A stretch of DNA of 64,000 nt from Monocercomonoides exilis PA203 (taxonomy: Eukaryota; Protista; Preaxostyla): positions 310,001 to 374,000 of the forward strand of contig LSRY02000054.1 in assembly GCA_001643675.2 (NCBI GenBank). Direction: 5' to 3'. Within the stretch, counting starts at the first letter, position 1. Each line of letters opens with the position of its first letter. The notes below the pieces were generated by a model. That model had not been told where the DNA came from. It did no database searches and saw only the letters and a list, made by a program, of their open reading frames with translations. Positions 1-12,768 of this stretch are shown here, piece by piece. Position numbers and translations under genes: made by a program.

Positions 1-799
1 TAACAATTTTTCCTCCCAAACATATTCTCAGAGCCGCTCCAAGTCCGCCAGCTGCCCCGTCACCTGGATGCATGACATTATCTGTCAGCCCTGATTTTGC
101 CCAAATCTCCCCAAGATTTGTCAATCCTGCATCCAAAATCTTTATCATCTCCGGTGTTGCTCCTTTTTGAGGGCCATAGACCGCAGAAGCTCCTTTTTCT
201 CCAGTTAATGGATTTGTACAATCGCATGCAACCAAAAACGAAACAGTTCCAAGGCGGGGATGTATATGTGATGTATCCATAGACTTTATTTGTTCGAGAA
301 TTTCTCCTCCACCAAATAATTCTGTGCCTTCTTTATCCAAAAATCGAAAACCAAGCGCCGATAGCATCCCAACTCCACCGTCATTTGTTGCACTGCCACC
401 GATCCCCATATAAACACTTTTTACTCCTAAATCAAGAGCAGCCTTTATAAGTTCACCAGTTCCAAACGAAGTTGTTTTTAAAGGATTTCTTTCAGAATAA
501 GGAATCAATGGTAAACCTGATGCGCTTGCCATATCAATAACAGCAATCGTATCGTCATCAATGAGACCAAATTTTGCGTTAACTTTTGCTCCCAATGGTC
601 CCGTTACAGTTTTTTCAATAAATCTTCCATTTTTGTTTTTAGTTATTATTGAAGATGTTCCTTCTCCTCCATCTGCCATTGGAATTGATATAACATCTAT
701 TGTTGGATCAATTTTATGGATGCCTGATTTCATAATACTGCATGCTTCATCGGCAGTAATGTTTCCTTTAAGAGAATCTGGAGCAAGAATAATTTTCAT
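1..799 (-). CDS. glxK: Glycerate kinase, class I (GlxK/GarK type), intronless in the visible part, 3' end outside window
   Basis: Manual translation from ATG at 799: MKIILAPDSLKG...PMADGGEGT...TVTGPLG...IDMASASGL...TTSFGTGELIKAALD...GIGGSATNDGGVG...VYGPQKGA...GAAGGLG. Absent from the ORF track because it runs off the edge. Confidence 0.95.
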   Translation of the reverse strand, partial: MKIILAPDSLKGNITADEACSIMKSGIHKIDPTIDVISIPMADGGEGTSSIITKNKNGRFIEKTVTGPLGAKVNAKFGLIDDDTIAVIDMASASGLPLIPYSERNPLKTTSFGTGELIKAALDLGVKSVYMGIGGSATNDGGVGMLSALGFRFLDKEGTELFGGGEILEQIKSMDTSHIHPRLGTVSFLVACDCTNPLTGEKGASAVYGPQKGATPEMIKILDAGLTNLGEIWAKSGLTDNVMHPGDGAAGGLGAALRICLGGKIV

Positions 800-859
800 A
801 AATATTAATGGTATTTTTTGATCATAAAATAAAACAGTTTGATAAACTCAAAAGCAAAA

Positions 860-2413
860 TTATCTGTTAACAAGACTATCAAAAAACGCTTGTCTTTCTT
901 TTATTTTAATTTTGATTTCTTCCACTTCAGACTTTAGCCGATCTCTTGTTCTTTCAAGAAATAGCATTTTCCTTTGAGCTTCCCACATCCTTCTGGATGC
1001 AATATCCCTCTGTGCAGATAGCCCTGCAATGCTCTTGTGAAGAACAGGCAGCACTGAAGAGAGAAGGGAAGCCATAGCTTCTGGTGAAATTATTAGTTTA
1101 TTTATTAAAGCTTTATTACTTGGAATGAATTCTTCATCCGCTACCGAATCTTCGATTTGCTCTTGTTCAACCGGGATTGATTTCATCTCGTTGATTGTTC
1201 CATCTTCATTTTCAACTTTTTTCGTCTTGCCAGAAGATGTTGTTAAAGTGATTTCATCATCCATTCTTGCATTATCACTATTTGAATAAATAGCCTGCTT
1301 TTTTTCTTCAAGTTCATCAGCTACAATTTTGGGAATTTCTATTTTCAGTGAATCAATCATTTTGAGAAGACATTTAACTTGATTTTCGCAAAGAGAAGCT
1401 GTTGCCAACTCCTCTTGCACCAAAACTGAAGAAAATTGCTTTTCCTGTTAAATTTTAAAAAAACAAATCGCTTTATAAAAAAGAGTCAAACTTCCTGTAA
1501 TTTTTCTTTTAATTGAGTCTGAAGGATTTTTAATTGGGAAGATATGTCTGATTTTGATGAAATTGGAGGAGTACCTGTAAATGCTTCTGTGGAAAGCGTG
1601 GCAGATTCGATATCTGCACTCTTTTTTTCAAGAATAGCTTTTATAAAATTGAATTTCTTTTCGCTTGATTGGATTCTATTCTTAACAGTTCTCTTTTCTT
1701 TCCATTCCTTCATTTCATTCATGATGGGCATGAACTTGGAAAGTTCTGCATCCCGAACATGTTGAGAATGAAATGATGCTGATTTCAAATCCAGTAGTTT
1801 TTTCCTTAACTTATAAATTAGATTATTTAAATTATCATTGCCTTTTGTGATTTTTTTCGAATCAAAAATTAATAAACGAATTAATAAAAGAATAAAAAGC
1901 AGCTCAAAGAGCACACTTTTTTGTAACTGCAATCGTTCTTTTTTTATTTTATTTGTTTCCAATAATTCTGATATTCTTGTGTTTTCAATAGATAAAACAT
2001 CCTCGTTTATAAAAGTCTGTTTCAAAGCAACTAACAAAATTCTTCATTTTAAAAATAAAATAGATTGTTACAAACTTTCTCGAATTAGTGAACTTTTTGA
2101 TTTTATATGTGCTTCATCTTCAAGTATCTGCTGCTGAACAATTGAAGTTCTTGATTCCATTTGATGAAGTTGTTCTTCAAAATTTTGAACTTCTATAATT
2201 GCAATATCCTCATCGCATGTAACATTTCCCTGTTCCCCAACTTCGCCAAAGTGCGATATCTCATCCATTTCATGAAAATTTCACATTTCCTGCAAAAAAT
2301 ATTATATTATACATGATTAAATATTCTTTTTTATTTTAAAGTTTCATACTTATGAATTTTCAAACATTTAGTTAATACAGTTGAATACAGAAATCTGATA
2401 ATGATTGAGCCAT
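860..2413 (-). CDS. Multi-exon coiled-coil hypothetical protein (5' end uncertain)
   Basis: Consecutive minus-strand ORFs 2068-2268, 1486-2037 and 860-1423 are rich in E/K/L/Q heptads and separated by short AT-rich intron-like gaps. The ATG at 2413 is tentative; 2268 is an alternative. Confidence 0.55.
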
Positions 2414-2437
2414 AATTTAAAGTTTTAATCTTGAATT

Positions 2438-4151
2438 ATGAGCGGTGTAAACAAGGAAGACCAAAAGGGAGGTTTGAATAAAAAGGATATTTTAACTTAC
2501 GGTTAAGTATATTAAATTATTTGCATTTATATATTTGAATATTTCTGTCTTTTATCTTGATTCTTGAAACAATAGTTATTCCACAGGAATTCAACCCATT
2601 TGCTCAAGGTTTGAACAAAAGACTTCAATTTAATTTATAATTGCTATGTTTTGTAATTTTTACTACTTAGGAACAACGTCAATGTCTTTTTCTGATATTT
2701 TGGGTGAAAAATTAAACTCTTTGATGGGAAAACCAACTGGATTGCTTGATACTTATCCCTCCGAAGTTAAACGTCGCCTTCGTGCATTAAAAAAGCTTCA
2801 AATGCAGTTTGATGAAGAACGAACAAAAATGGAAAATGAACTTAAAGAATTGGAAAAAAGACATGTTGAGCAAGTAAAACCAATTTTGTCAAAGCAATCA
2901 TTGATTATAAAAAGTGAACAAGAACCAAAAGATGATGATCTTGCAGAAGAATTCAGTTTTGTTGAGCCTGTTCAAGTTGAAATGAAACGTCCAGAAGGAA
3001 TTGAAAAAGGAGTGCCCAACTATTGGTTGAATGTTTTATTACGATCTGGTCAATTCCAAATGTTAATAACAACTCAAGATCGAGAGGCTTTGAAATATTT
3101 GGAAGGGATTGAAATTGCAGAGCAGCCGCCATCTCCATTTGGAATTACAGAAGACGCATCCGCATCTTCCAGTGAACGAGTTGTCTTTGTGAAGTTTTCA
3201 TTCAAAGAAAATCCATTTTTCACAAACAAAGAATTGGTAAAGAAAGTACAGTCGATTCAGCACGAAGTGGGAGCGCCAGAGATGAAAGGAGACAAAACGG
3301 CGATTGAGTGGAAAGAAGGCCATAATCTGACGCAAAAATCATTTGACATTATCACATTTGAAGAAGAAGAAGAAGAAGAGAAAGAGAAAGAAGAGAAACC
3401 CAAAAATAGCAAAAAGAACAAAGGGAAGAATGAGAAACAGAAAAAGGCAGAGAAGAAAGAGAAGAAAGAGATCGAACGCCACACGACGAAAGTGTTTGAA
3501 TGCAGGTCATTCTTCGATATATTTTTGTCTTCGAAAGAACTGACAGAAAAGGTTGGCCGATTAAACAATGAAAAAGGGAAAAGAGTGAAAGCATTGAGCA
3601 AATACTGCGAAGGAATGATGGAGAAAGAGAAAAGAACAGAAGGAAAAGCAGAGAAGAAAGAAGAGCGCAAGCACAAAAAGGAAGATGACTCAGAAGACGA
3701 CGACGATGACGACGAAGACGAAGAAGATGACGAGTGCGGGGCAAAAGCGAAGAAAGAAGAGAAAGAAATGGCATACCCGTTTTCAATGGAGGACGACGAT
3801 GTGAATCGGATGCTGTGCGGGAGCGTTATTCATTTGCACGACAAGATCATTCCTCAGTCGTATCTCTATTTCACAGGCAGCATCAGCGAGAAGCCGTATG
3901 AAGATGATGATGACGATGACGATGATGAAGATATGGATTTTGACTCGGATAATGAAGATGATGACGATGATGATGAGGACGGAGGAAGAGTTGACATTCC
4001 AGCAGAGCAGGTGATGAAGCTGTTGATGATGCTGCAACAGCAAGGAAAGGGAGGAAAGGGAGGTAAAAATTTGGACTTTGCCCTTGAGGACGATAGTGAC
4101 GATGAATCAAACCACAAATTAAAAAAGCATAATAAAAAAGGCAAATTTTAA
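2438..4151 (+). CDS. NAP1: Nucleosome assembly protein (NAP1/SET family)
   Basis: VKRRLRALKKLQ, KGVPNYWLNVL, DREALKYL, FSFKENPFFTNKELVK, IEWKEGHNLT, SFFDIF, KIIPQSYLYFTG, plus acidic tail. Predicted exons 2438-2471, 2576-2608, 2671-4151. Confidence 0.93.
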
Positions 4152-4279
4152 AATTTGCCTAATTTATTGGTAATAGAATAAATGCCATTTTGTTTTATTT
4201 TTTTAACACTTAAATTAAATATAATTTACAGACAAATTGATTGTTTATTGCAAAGAATCATTTATTCCCCATAATAATT

Positions 4280-5868
4280 ATGGAAGAAAAAGAAAAATCG
4301 GTTCTTTTATCAATTCTGAAAGGACCTCCTCTAATAACTCCTTTGATTAAAAATGAACTATCTCTATTAGTTGTTTCTGATCTTCATCAGCAAGAAAGTT
4401 ATCTTGATATGCTTTCACAATTAATCATTTCAAAAAGAATAATGTATGCACACTTATTCGCTGATAATTTCACGTTTCATGTATTGTTGAAGATATGATG
4501 CAATTATTTGTACAGGTGATTTGGTATCATATCCAAATGTTGGAAAAGAAAATCAAAGACAAGAAAAAAAAGCACTCTTAGAACCATTTTCTTGCCGTGC
4601 TCTTCAACTTATGAGTTCCTGGGGGCAAGTTATAATTTTTGTTCCAGGGAATCACGATCTCCCTTATTTATATGAGCTACAACCAAAAAATGTTCCATTA
4701 AATTTTCACTCACTTACGGGGAATGTATTAAAGTTATGCGATGGACTCCTTGTTGCAGGCGTGCATGGGTCTGTTGCCCCAATTACGAATAAAGTAGAAC
4801 TCAGACCAGGATATCCGTTTAGGGGTGAAAAAGAATTTTCACAGTTTATTGAGAATAGTCAAATTGCTGAGTTAAGTGAAATGTTATTACAAAATACTCT
4901 TGCAGAAAAATTAGAGAAGAAAGAAGATGTTGATACATCGCTTGATAGCAGCATCCTCATGCTAAGTCATGGTGGTTCGATCCATTCATTAACGACATTC
5001 GCATATCGAAGGAATGGCAGGCATGTTTCACAAGGAACTTCCTCACTATCGAGATTTTTGATGAATCCTCTGCGTACTCCGTTCACATCACGTATTTGCC
5101 TTATGATACACGGCCATACACACGATTGTCCTGGTTATATGGAAAAGGGCATAATTTCGAAGGAAATTGCTTCCATTGAGCAAAAAGAAGAGATCAGTGA
5201 TGAGTTTCAGTCTTGTGAGACTGATTCGAAATGTTTTAAATTAGAAAATGAAGGTGGAGAAGGTTGTAGAAGCATTAAAGAAGAAAGATTACAAACTGAA
5301 GAAAAAGAAAAATGCACGTTTTGTACCTCCGAGAATGCGCCTGAAAAAGACAAAAAGAAGCAAATTGAAGAGCTGAAAGTTGATGATGCTCATAAATCTG
5401 CTACGTCTTCTTTTAATACATCGGCTGTTAATACTTCTTCTTTGACTTGTTCGCTTGACTCTTCAGCATCATCAGATTCGCGTTATTCTCCAAAAGAATT
5501 AGCTTCTCAGACTGAAATATCCACTTTTGACATTCTGAATATGATGCCTTTCTTAACTCCTTCAAAGACCCTTCCTCCAATTCTAAATCCTGGTCCTTTA
5601 AGGTTTGTGCAGTTGATTTTATTTATGTAGAAAATATGATTTTTTATGAATTTTTCATATTTTTTTATTATTATAAATTGTAAAAATGCATCTTTCGCTT
5701 TTTCTGTTTTTGATAAAAAAAATATTCTCATCTGCTTCAAATTAAATTTCCTGCGTTCTTTGACGATTGATTGATAGATATGGGTGTTTCGCCGTTGTGA
5801 CGTTTTGCTTTGCATTAAATAAGTGGATTGTTTCTTCTGTTTCGCAGCATGATCTTTCTCCATTCTAA
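4280..5868 (+). CDS. Calcineurin-like metallophosphoesterase (Icc-related)
   Basis: Spliced reading gives SDLH, TGD, PGNHD, SH, HGHTH and NPGPLRYGCFAVV. Predicted introns 4444-4492 and 5602-5777. Confidence 0.85.
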
Positions 5869-6362
5869 TTTTTTTAAATATTTTTTAGAACGTTTTCTCA
5901 TTCTATAATTTTCATCAGTTCTACGATAGAGTTAAACGCATAATTTTTACTCACGTTTTTGCAAATTATCCTTCTGTAATTATATGAGTTTTAATGTTTT
6001 TGTTTATTCTTTTGTTAATATTTATGGTTTTCTTTTCTTTTTTTAATTGAAATCTTAATTTTTGTAATTGTTATATCGCATGTGAAAGAATTTTTGAATT
6101 TCAAAAGCATGTATATAGGGTGATTTTTGGCTATTCATTTTATTAATGATTTTGATAAATATGAACTTTTTGTTACTTGAATAATCAATCTATTTCAATT
6201 AATTTTTGTAAAAATAAAAGATGAAAATCATTCAATTAATTAGAAGTAAATACAACATGAAACACATTTTCAGAAAATTTCTTTATTTTATTTGAATCTT
6301 TTTATTTCATTCCTTTTCTATTGCAATTGTCACAAAAATTGAGATTATGAATTGAATAAATA

Positions 6363-7348
6363 GGGTTACACTTTTACTCTGACCTATATTTTACCCCCAC
6401 CCTTTTTTTTGTAGAGCTGGCTACGGCTTAATACAAGCTTGTAGCCAACAGAAAATAACTAGAAATGTTTATTTTTATATATTTAACTTTTACAGAAAAA
6501 AATATTTTTTCGAAAATTTTTTAACTTTGAGATCTCGGTATTTTTTAATTTTATTTTTTGATCATTGAATTGATGGTCTTTCTATGAATATAACATTCTG
6601 GAAGTTTTAAGCTACACCATCATTACACCTCATATCCTTTTTATTTCTTTAATTAATTTTCACATTTCACAAGTTTCTTTTTCACATGTTTTCTCATTTC
6701 ATCCACTTTTCGAAAAAATGAAAATTATTTAAGAATGATGAATTTTTGTAAAAAATTTTAAGATTATCCTTAATATATGTTAGAATGTTAATTATGCAGA
6801 TATACAAATAAGCTTTGCAAATTTGATTTGAAATGGAAAAATGAAAAACAACAATTTCGGAAGTTTTGATTTTTCCAACCAGAAACATTTTTTCAGCAAA
6901 AAATTACGTGAGTGTTCAACAATATATAGAGTTTCAAATGAGATACAGATTATAAAATTAAAAAATTGTCTTTTATTCAATCAAAAATTGCATTTTATCA
7001 AAAAGTGGATGAAATGAGAAAACATGTGAAAAAGAAACTTGTGAAATGTGAAAATTAATTAAAGAAATAAAAAGGATATGAGGTGTAATGATGGTGTAGC
7101 TTAAAACTTCCAGAATGTTATATTCATAGAAAGACCATCAATTCAATGATCAAAAAATAAAATTAAAAAATACCGAGATCTCAAAGTTAAAAAATTTTCG
7201 AAAAAATATTTTTTTCTGTAAAAGTTAAATATATAAAAATAAACATTTCTAGTTATTTTCTGTTGGCTACAAGCTTGTATTAAGCCGTAGCCAGCTCTAC
7301 AAAAAAAAGGGTGGGGGTAAAATATAGGTCAGAGTAAAAGTGTAACCC
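6363..7348. mobile_element. Non-autonomous foldback/MITE with ~348-bp TIRs and TA target duplication (pogo-related)
   Basis: 6361-6710 is the reverse complement of 7001-7350 with no mismatch seen (ta-GGGTTACAC...GTGTAACCC-ta). 290-bp non-coding spacer. Confidence 0.92.
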
Positions 7349-7688
7349 TAAGATGTTTTTATTGGAACCAAAAATAAAATATATTTTCTTTCAGTGCGGA
7401 TTTCTTCAGAGTTTGAAATGATATTAAAAATAACTTATTACAAAAATTATTCTATGAATTGTGACAATTGGAAAAAATCAATGTGAGAAGTCAATAAAAT
7501 GCTACAAACTCTTTTTGCATAAAAATCATATATGTGGTTTCATTTTCTGAAGCCTCTTTCTATCTAAAACAAAAACAATGGATTTTATAAATTCGATTCG
7601 AAAAAGAATAACATTAATGAAAAAATTTTTGAATTCTTCAGAATTTGTGCACTTTATTTTTTGACTTTTTCATTGCAAACATATATAT

Positions 7689-7946
7689 GGGTGATTATTT
7701 TTGAAATCATATTTCTTCATTCAAAATATTCGGTGTAAAAATATTGCTTGAATATCCATGAAAAATAATTTGAAAAGTGAAAAGGTTTATTGAACACATT
7801 TTAATCTTCAATTCGGAAAAAATATTTGTTTCAAAATACAATTATCATGCTTTTTCTTTTTTGTTTTAAAATTTTCTTTCAAAAAACCAACAATCATAGA
7901 AAAGTCAACACCCCGAAAAAAGATATGATTTCAAAAATAATCACCC
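7689..7946. mobile_element. ~257-bp MITE, family A
   Basis: TIR GGGTGATTATTTTTGAAATCATA / TATGATTTCAAAAATAATCACCC, with AT on both sides within (AT)n. Confidence 0.85.
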
Positions 7947-8315
7947 ATATATATATATAATATGTTTGTATAACAATCAATGTTGTATTTTTTTATCTAT
8001 TCAAATTTTTCTTTTGTGAACATTCAATTCATAACTTTAATCACATCTTTTGTGAGAATTCTTTAATATCAACAAAATTATCCAAAGGGTTGTATTATTC
8101 TATGAAAATGATTGAGATTCCTTTTTTATGTTTAATTGCATATTTTCTGAATGAGAAAAAACTGATTTGGAGAAAAATTCTGGTTTCTTTTATTTTAAAA
8201 CGGAAAACTTTCATTCTCCAGTTTTCCTTTTTGATGAAAAGTTTCCTAATAGAGAAGTGTTCAAGACCAATGGGAACGACACCATCACGAGCACTTTTCC
8301 AATCTTTTGAGATAT

Positions 8316-8568
8316 GTGTGATAATTTTTGAAATCATGTTTTTGCTAACATAATTTTCAGTTCGAAAATTTCTTTTGAATATTTACAAATGAACATTGAA
8401 AAGTTCAAATGTTTTGCAAAGACATCTTCATGTTTATTACATGTGAAACATTTGTTTTTGAAACAGGAGTGATAATTCAACAATTTGAATTTAAAACCTC
8501 CAACCCATGACGAACAACTTTTGAATAATTTGTCCCGAAAAAAGTCATTATTTCAAAAATAATCACAC
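8316..8568. mobile_element. ~253-bp MITE, family A (diverged copy)
   Basis: GTGTGATAATTTTTGAAATCAT ... ATTTCAAAAATAATCACAC, AT flanks. Confidence 0.7.
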
Positions 8569-8642
8569 ATATTCATTGAACGAGTGATTTTTGGAGCGAA
8601 CTCAAAATAATATCTTTTGATGGAAATTGTTTTGATGATATA

Positions 8643-8907
8643 GGGGCAGACATGAAACTTCAAGCTTTTTCGTTGAAAAATTATGCACTTTTAAATGACT
8701 TCTTGTGATTAAAATATTAGAAAAAATGGGTTCATTTTTTGACATTCGTGAAATGTTGAAAAACTTCATGTTTTGATTTCAACAATGACTAAAAACGTAT
8801 TTGAAAATCCAATTTATTTTGAAATCTGAGAAAGATAAGTGAAGTTGTGAGGAAAACTATTTTTTCGTGCTTTGTTTATTAAAAGCTTAAAATTTCATAT
8901 CTTCCCC
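8643..8907. mobile_element. Degenerate ~265-bp MITE
   Basis: Imperfect TIR GGGGCAGACATGAAACTTCAAGCTTTT vs AAAAGCTTAAAATTTCATATCTTCCCC. TA on the left flank only. Confidence 0.5.
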
Positions 8908-9311
8908 CACATAATTGTTATTTGAGAATGATCCACAAATTATAAGTGCTTATTAAATTGATCAAAGAATAAGAAAAAAAATCATAAAATCATAATGTTT
9001 TTTTTAAAAAAAGGAAGAAATATTGATTATTTGAAGAATAGACTGTCTGAAAAAAATGAAATTGAAAAAATAGTAATAATTCAATTTTTCTTTCTTTAAT
9101 TCCATTATTAACGAGTTTTTCGGAGTTACATTGCCCAAAAAAAGCAAAATTTGAAAACTAAAAAACAAATAAGCTGAATTGAAAAAAAAAACAAAAAAAA
9201 AAAATATTGAAAACTGAAAACAAAATTAGCCTCAAAAGAAAAGAAAAACTCTTTGTCTCTATGAAATAACAAAAGGAAAGAAAAAACTCTATATATTTAA
9301 ACAAGGTAATT

Positions 9312-11345
9312 TTACAGAAACAAATAAACTGCAACAATAACCAAAACAAGCGAACACTTGAAATACAAAGTGTTCATCTTATTGAAGAGTCTGACTAAAA
9401 GAGATTCCGGATGTTTCGCAAAACGATCAGATCCCCTGGTGCTGCAGCCTTCAAGCTTTGCATAGTAATACCTTCTTATTCGCATTGCTTTTTTAGTTTC
9501 AAAATCAGTCAGCCGAAATTCTGATCGTTCTCTATTGGCGTAACCTGCATTTCCAATTTGCATCCAATTTTCCGTTTTGGAGGGCTCTTTAAAACCAACA
9601 ACCGCCTCCCCCTTTGAAAGTTTGCGCAATCCAAGTTTCATTCTCAACCACTTAAACTTCTGAATCCCAAAATAATTCCCACTTTCAATCTCTTCTTTCT
9701 CCCACTCGCAATCCAACCCATGACGCAATTCTTGACAAACATTTTGAATCGTAAAATATTCTAAAACTGCAAAAGGAACGATCAACGAGGCAACGCAAAA
9801 GCCAAAATGCAGTTTGACAGAGCCTTCGAGCCTCATCCGAGCCAGAAACAGAAACGGAAGCACAACCACTGCCACAAGTGCCATTGAAATGACAATCAGC
9901 GAAGGATCAAAATTATCCATTTTTTTGCCAAACATCTTATCAGTATATATCGCAATAAAGAAACGGGCAAAGATGATCAATATGCTCCGGATAGGCAGCA
10001 AAAATATGTCGTGCCATTCATGTGATGTCAAACTCACTAAAACTCGATAAATGTGTGCTGTTTAACATCATGAAATGAATTTGACAACAAAGAAAGAAAG
10101 AAAGAGAAAAGATTAATTTTCAAAAATTTCAAATTCATCAACCAGATCAAACCGTCTGCTTTCAGCGAAGCAATCACAAAAAACATCAGCATAAGACCAG
10201 CTGAAACGATATCCAACAGCAAAAACAGGTATTTTGAAAATGAAGCTGCCTGCTCATATTCACTCACCAATATTGCTGCAAATATCAAAGCAGCAAGTCC
10301 AAAATATGGCCATATGAACAGAAATATCGGAATGTGCTTCCAAAAATAGTCGAAATACATCACAGTCAAAAGAATAATTCCGTTGGCAATATACCACCAT
10401 TTGTTTGAATACTTTTGCTTTTTCAAGTGCGAAATGACATAATCAACCAAACAAAACGATCCAACCAGAAGCATTGAAAATGTCAAAGTGTCTGTGAATG
10501 ACTTATTGGTTGCTTCTCCATTCATTCTTTCTCTATAAGCAATTTCACTGTTCCTCAAGAAACTGAGCAACCCAAGCACCAACAAAATCTCTGACAGTAA
10601 TCGCAAAATTGAGAAAATTGTAATTTTTTGCGCCTTTTTCATCAATCTTTTCCTATTCTCCCCAGAGATTCGCGGAAAATCTTGTATGGACGCCAGCTCT
10701 TTGTATATTCTAAATGAAACAGAGAATGTTCACACAAAACACATAAATTAAAGATAAATAACCAGTCAAAGAATAAAAAATGTTCAAATGCTTCAGGACA
10801 CAAACTGCAATGTCTCCTTCCATCCCTTTGCGCTCACCCCGTATTTGTGGCTCTCTTTCCAGTCTTCTTCCGAATTTGGCTGAAATTTGGAAATGTCTCG
10901 AAATGCACAATCTGGCAGAAGGCAAATCTTGTGCATGAAGGGAATTATCGCTTGACACTTGATTTTCGCACATCTGTACAACCAGTGGGAAGAGGTAATA
11001 AAAAGCGTCAAATGTTGATTCTTTCTTTGAAAAATATGAAAAAACAAAAAAGACGAACACTTCCGTTTTTGAGAGGAGATTGAATCGGCGATTCACCTGC
11101 GACAACGAAAGAATCTCTGAGCAATTGCATTTCTCAAAGATTCTATTTACATCAATCATACGCAAAAAGGAAAAGGTTTGTTTCATCAAAAGATATTGAA
11201 AATAAAAACTCAAACATCTTCAAAATATCATCGGGAAGGCTGCCTGAATAAAACGATTCCAAAATATAAAATATTGTAAATAAAACGATTCAACACCTAA
11301 ACATGCATTTACAGCACCCTTGGAAGAGCTTTCTCTCATTTCCAT
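9312..11345 (-). CDS. F-box protein with multiple C-terminal transmembrane helices (multi-exon; 3' end approximate)
   Basis: Spliced N-terminus reads LGSLPDDILKIIFEKCNCSEILSLSQVNRRFNLLSK...HW (F-box pattern). ORFs 10037-10645 and 9312-10037 contain about 7 hydrophobic segments. Confidence 0.7.
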
Positions 11346-12768
11346 GAAAAGCTGAAATAATAATTTATGGTTATCAATTTTCAAAATAATCAAATAAGAA
11401 TTGGAAAATAATTATTTTTTTAAAAAATAAAAATAATCATTGTAACAAATAGTTTAAAAAACTCAAAACTCATGAATCAAATGTGTTTTATTCCAATATT
11501 CATAATTAATAATTCGAACAATACACATTTCATCGACCAATCTATCGTTTTGCGAAAATGTTTTTATATATTTTTTTATTTTCCATTTAATATTTCTTCT
11601 AAATGTTTTTCATCACCCTTTTTCTGCTTTGAGAATTTTCAAATGGAATTATTCAACATTGAGGTTATCGAAAAGAACATTAAATTGTGTAACAACATTT
11701 TTGAAATATTAAATAGGATTTTCAGAATAAAATAATCCTAAAAACCTTGAAAACATTCATCAAATACTATTGTGGTGTTCATCATATGTGATATTACTGG
11801 ACTTGCAGCATTTCATTTTGCAGAATCGTTCAACTCACACACAACTTTGAATTTTCTGGCTCATCAATCGCAAGAAGCTTTTTGATTTTCACTGACATTC
11901 CTTGCTGATATTATGAAACTGTCGATACAAAATCATTGGAATGGTTCATTTCAAATGTTGGTTTCGAAAGATTCTTATTCCACATGTGCAATTGTGTTCC
12001 GTTTTTTTGTTAAACCTCCTCAAAATGTTCAACAATGAACTGTGCGTGGCTCCAGATGAGATAGATGAGGAAGAACAAAATATGAAGCTTGAGGAAGATA
12101 GAAACTCTTTCGGAAACAAAACCATGAAAACATGAATGAAAAAATATTGCAATGAAATGGTTCATAAGGTGATGCGATCGACGAGTCAATTCAATGATAT
12201 TGACAGATTGGAGAAAGATATAAAATTATTTGTATTATTGATTCCGGTGGAAAGAATAAGAAAATAAATTGTAATTTTCTGACGAGTTTATGAATCAATT
12301 CTCAGTGGATTATATTTTGAGAACTTCATTTTTTCTGTTATCCACATTCAATGCGAAAGAAACAATTTTTGAGTCAAAGAATTATTTCAGAAGTTTCTGC
12401 ATTGAAATAAAAGGAAATCTTACATGTTCATAACAGGAAAACCAAGAGTGGAACATTTTTTTATGATTTTTCTTTCTTCATTTGTATTAATCGATCATTT
12501 TGTCTTGATCGACTATTTTTAACATATTCGAAACCATCTTTGAAAAAGTGGGTTGATCGAATATATACAAGGCATTAACTTTTGCTTCGATTCTTTCATC
12601 AGTTAATATTCCAAGTTGTGTTTTTATTTGTTGAGGTATTTATCCAATGATAAAAATTCACTTTTCAAACACTCGCCAATTGGATCCAAACCATTTATTG
12701 CATCTATTTGTGTTTGAATAAAGGATTTGATGATCTGAATCAATATCGATCAAGAAACATCAAAACTC

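Noticed and set aside
1-799. Bacterial contamination
   Set aside because: Base composition matches the neighbours and the gene abuts intron-containing eukaryotic genes, so integrated lateral transfer is more plausible.
11941-12330. Possible gene remnant related to the 15.9-kb pseudogene family
   Set aside because: Too degraded to support by eye.
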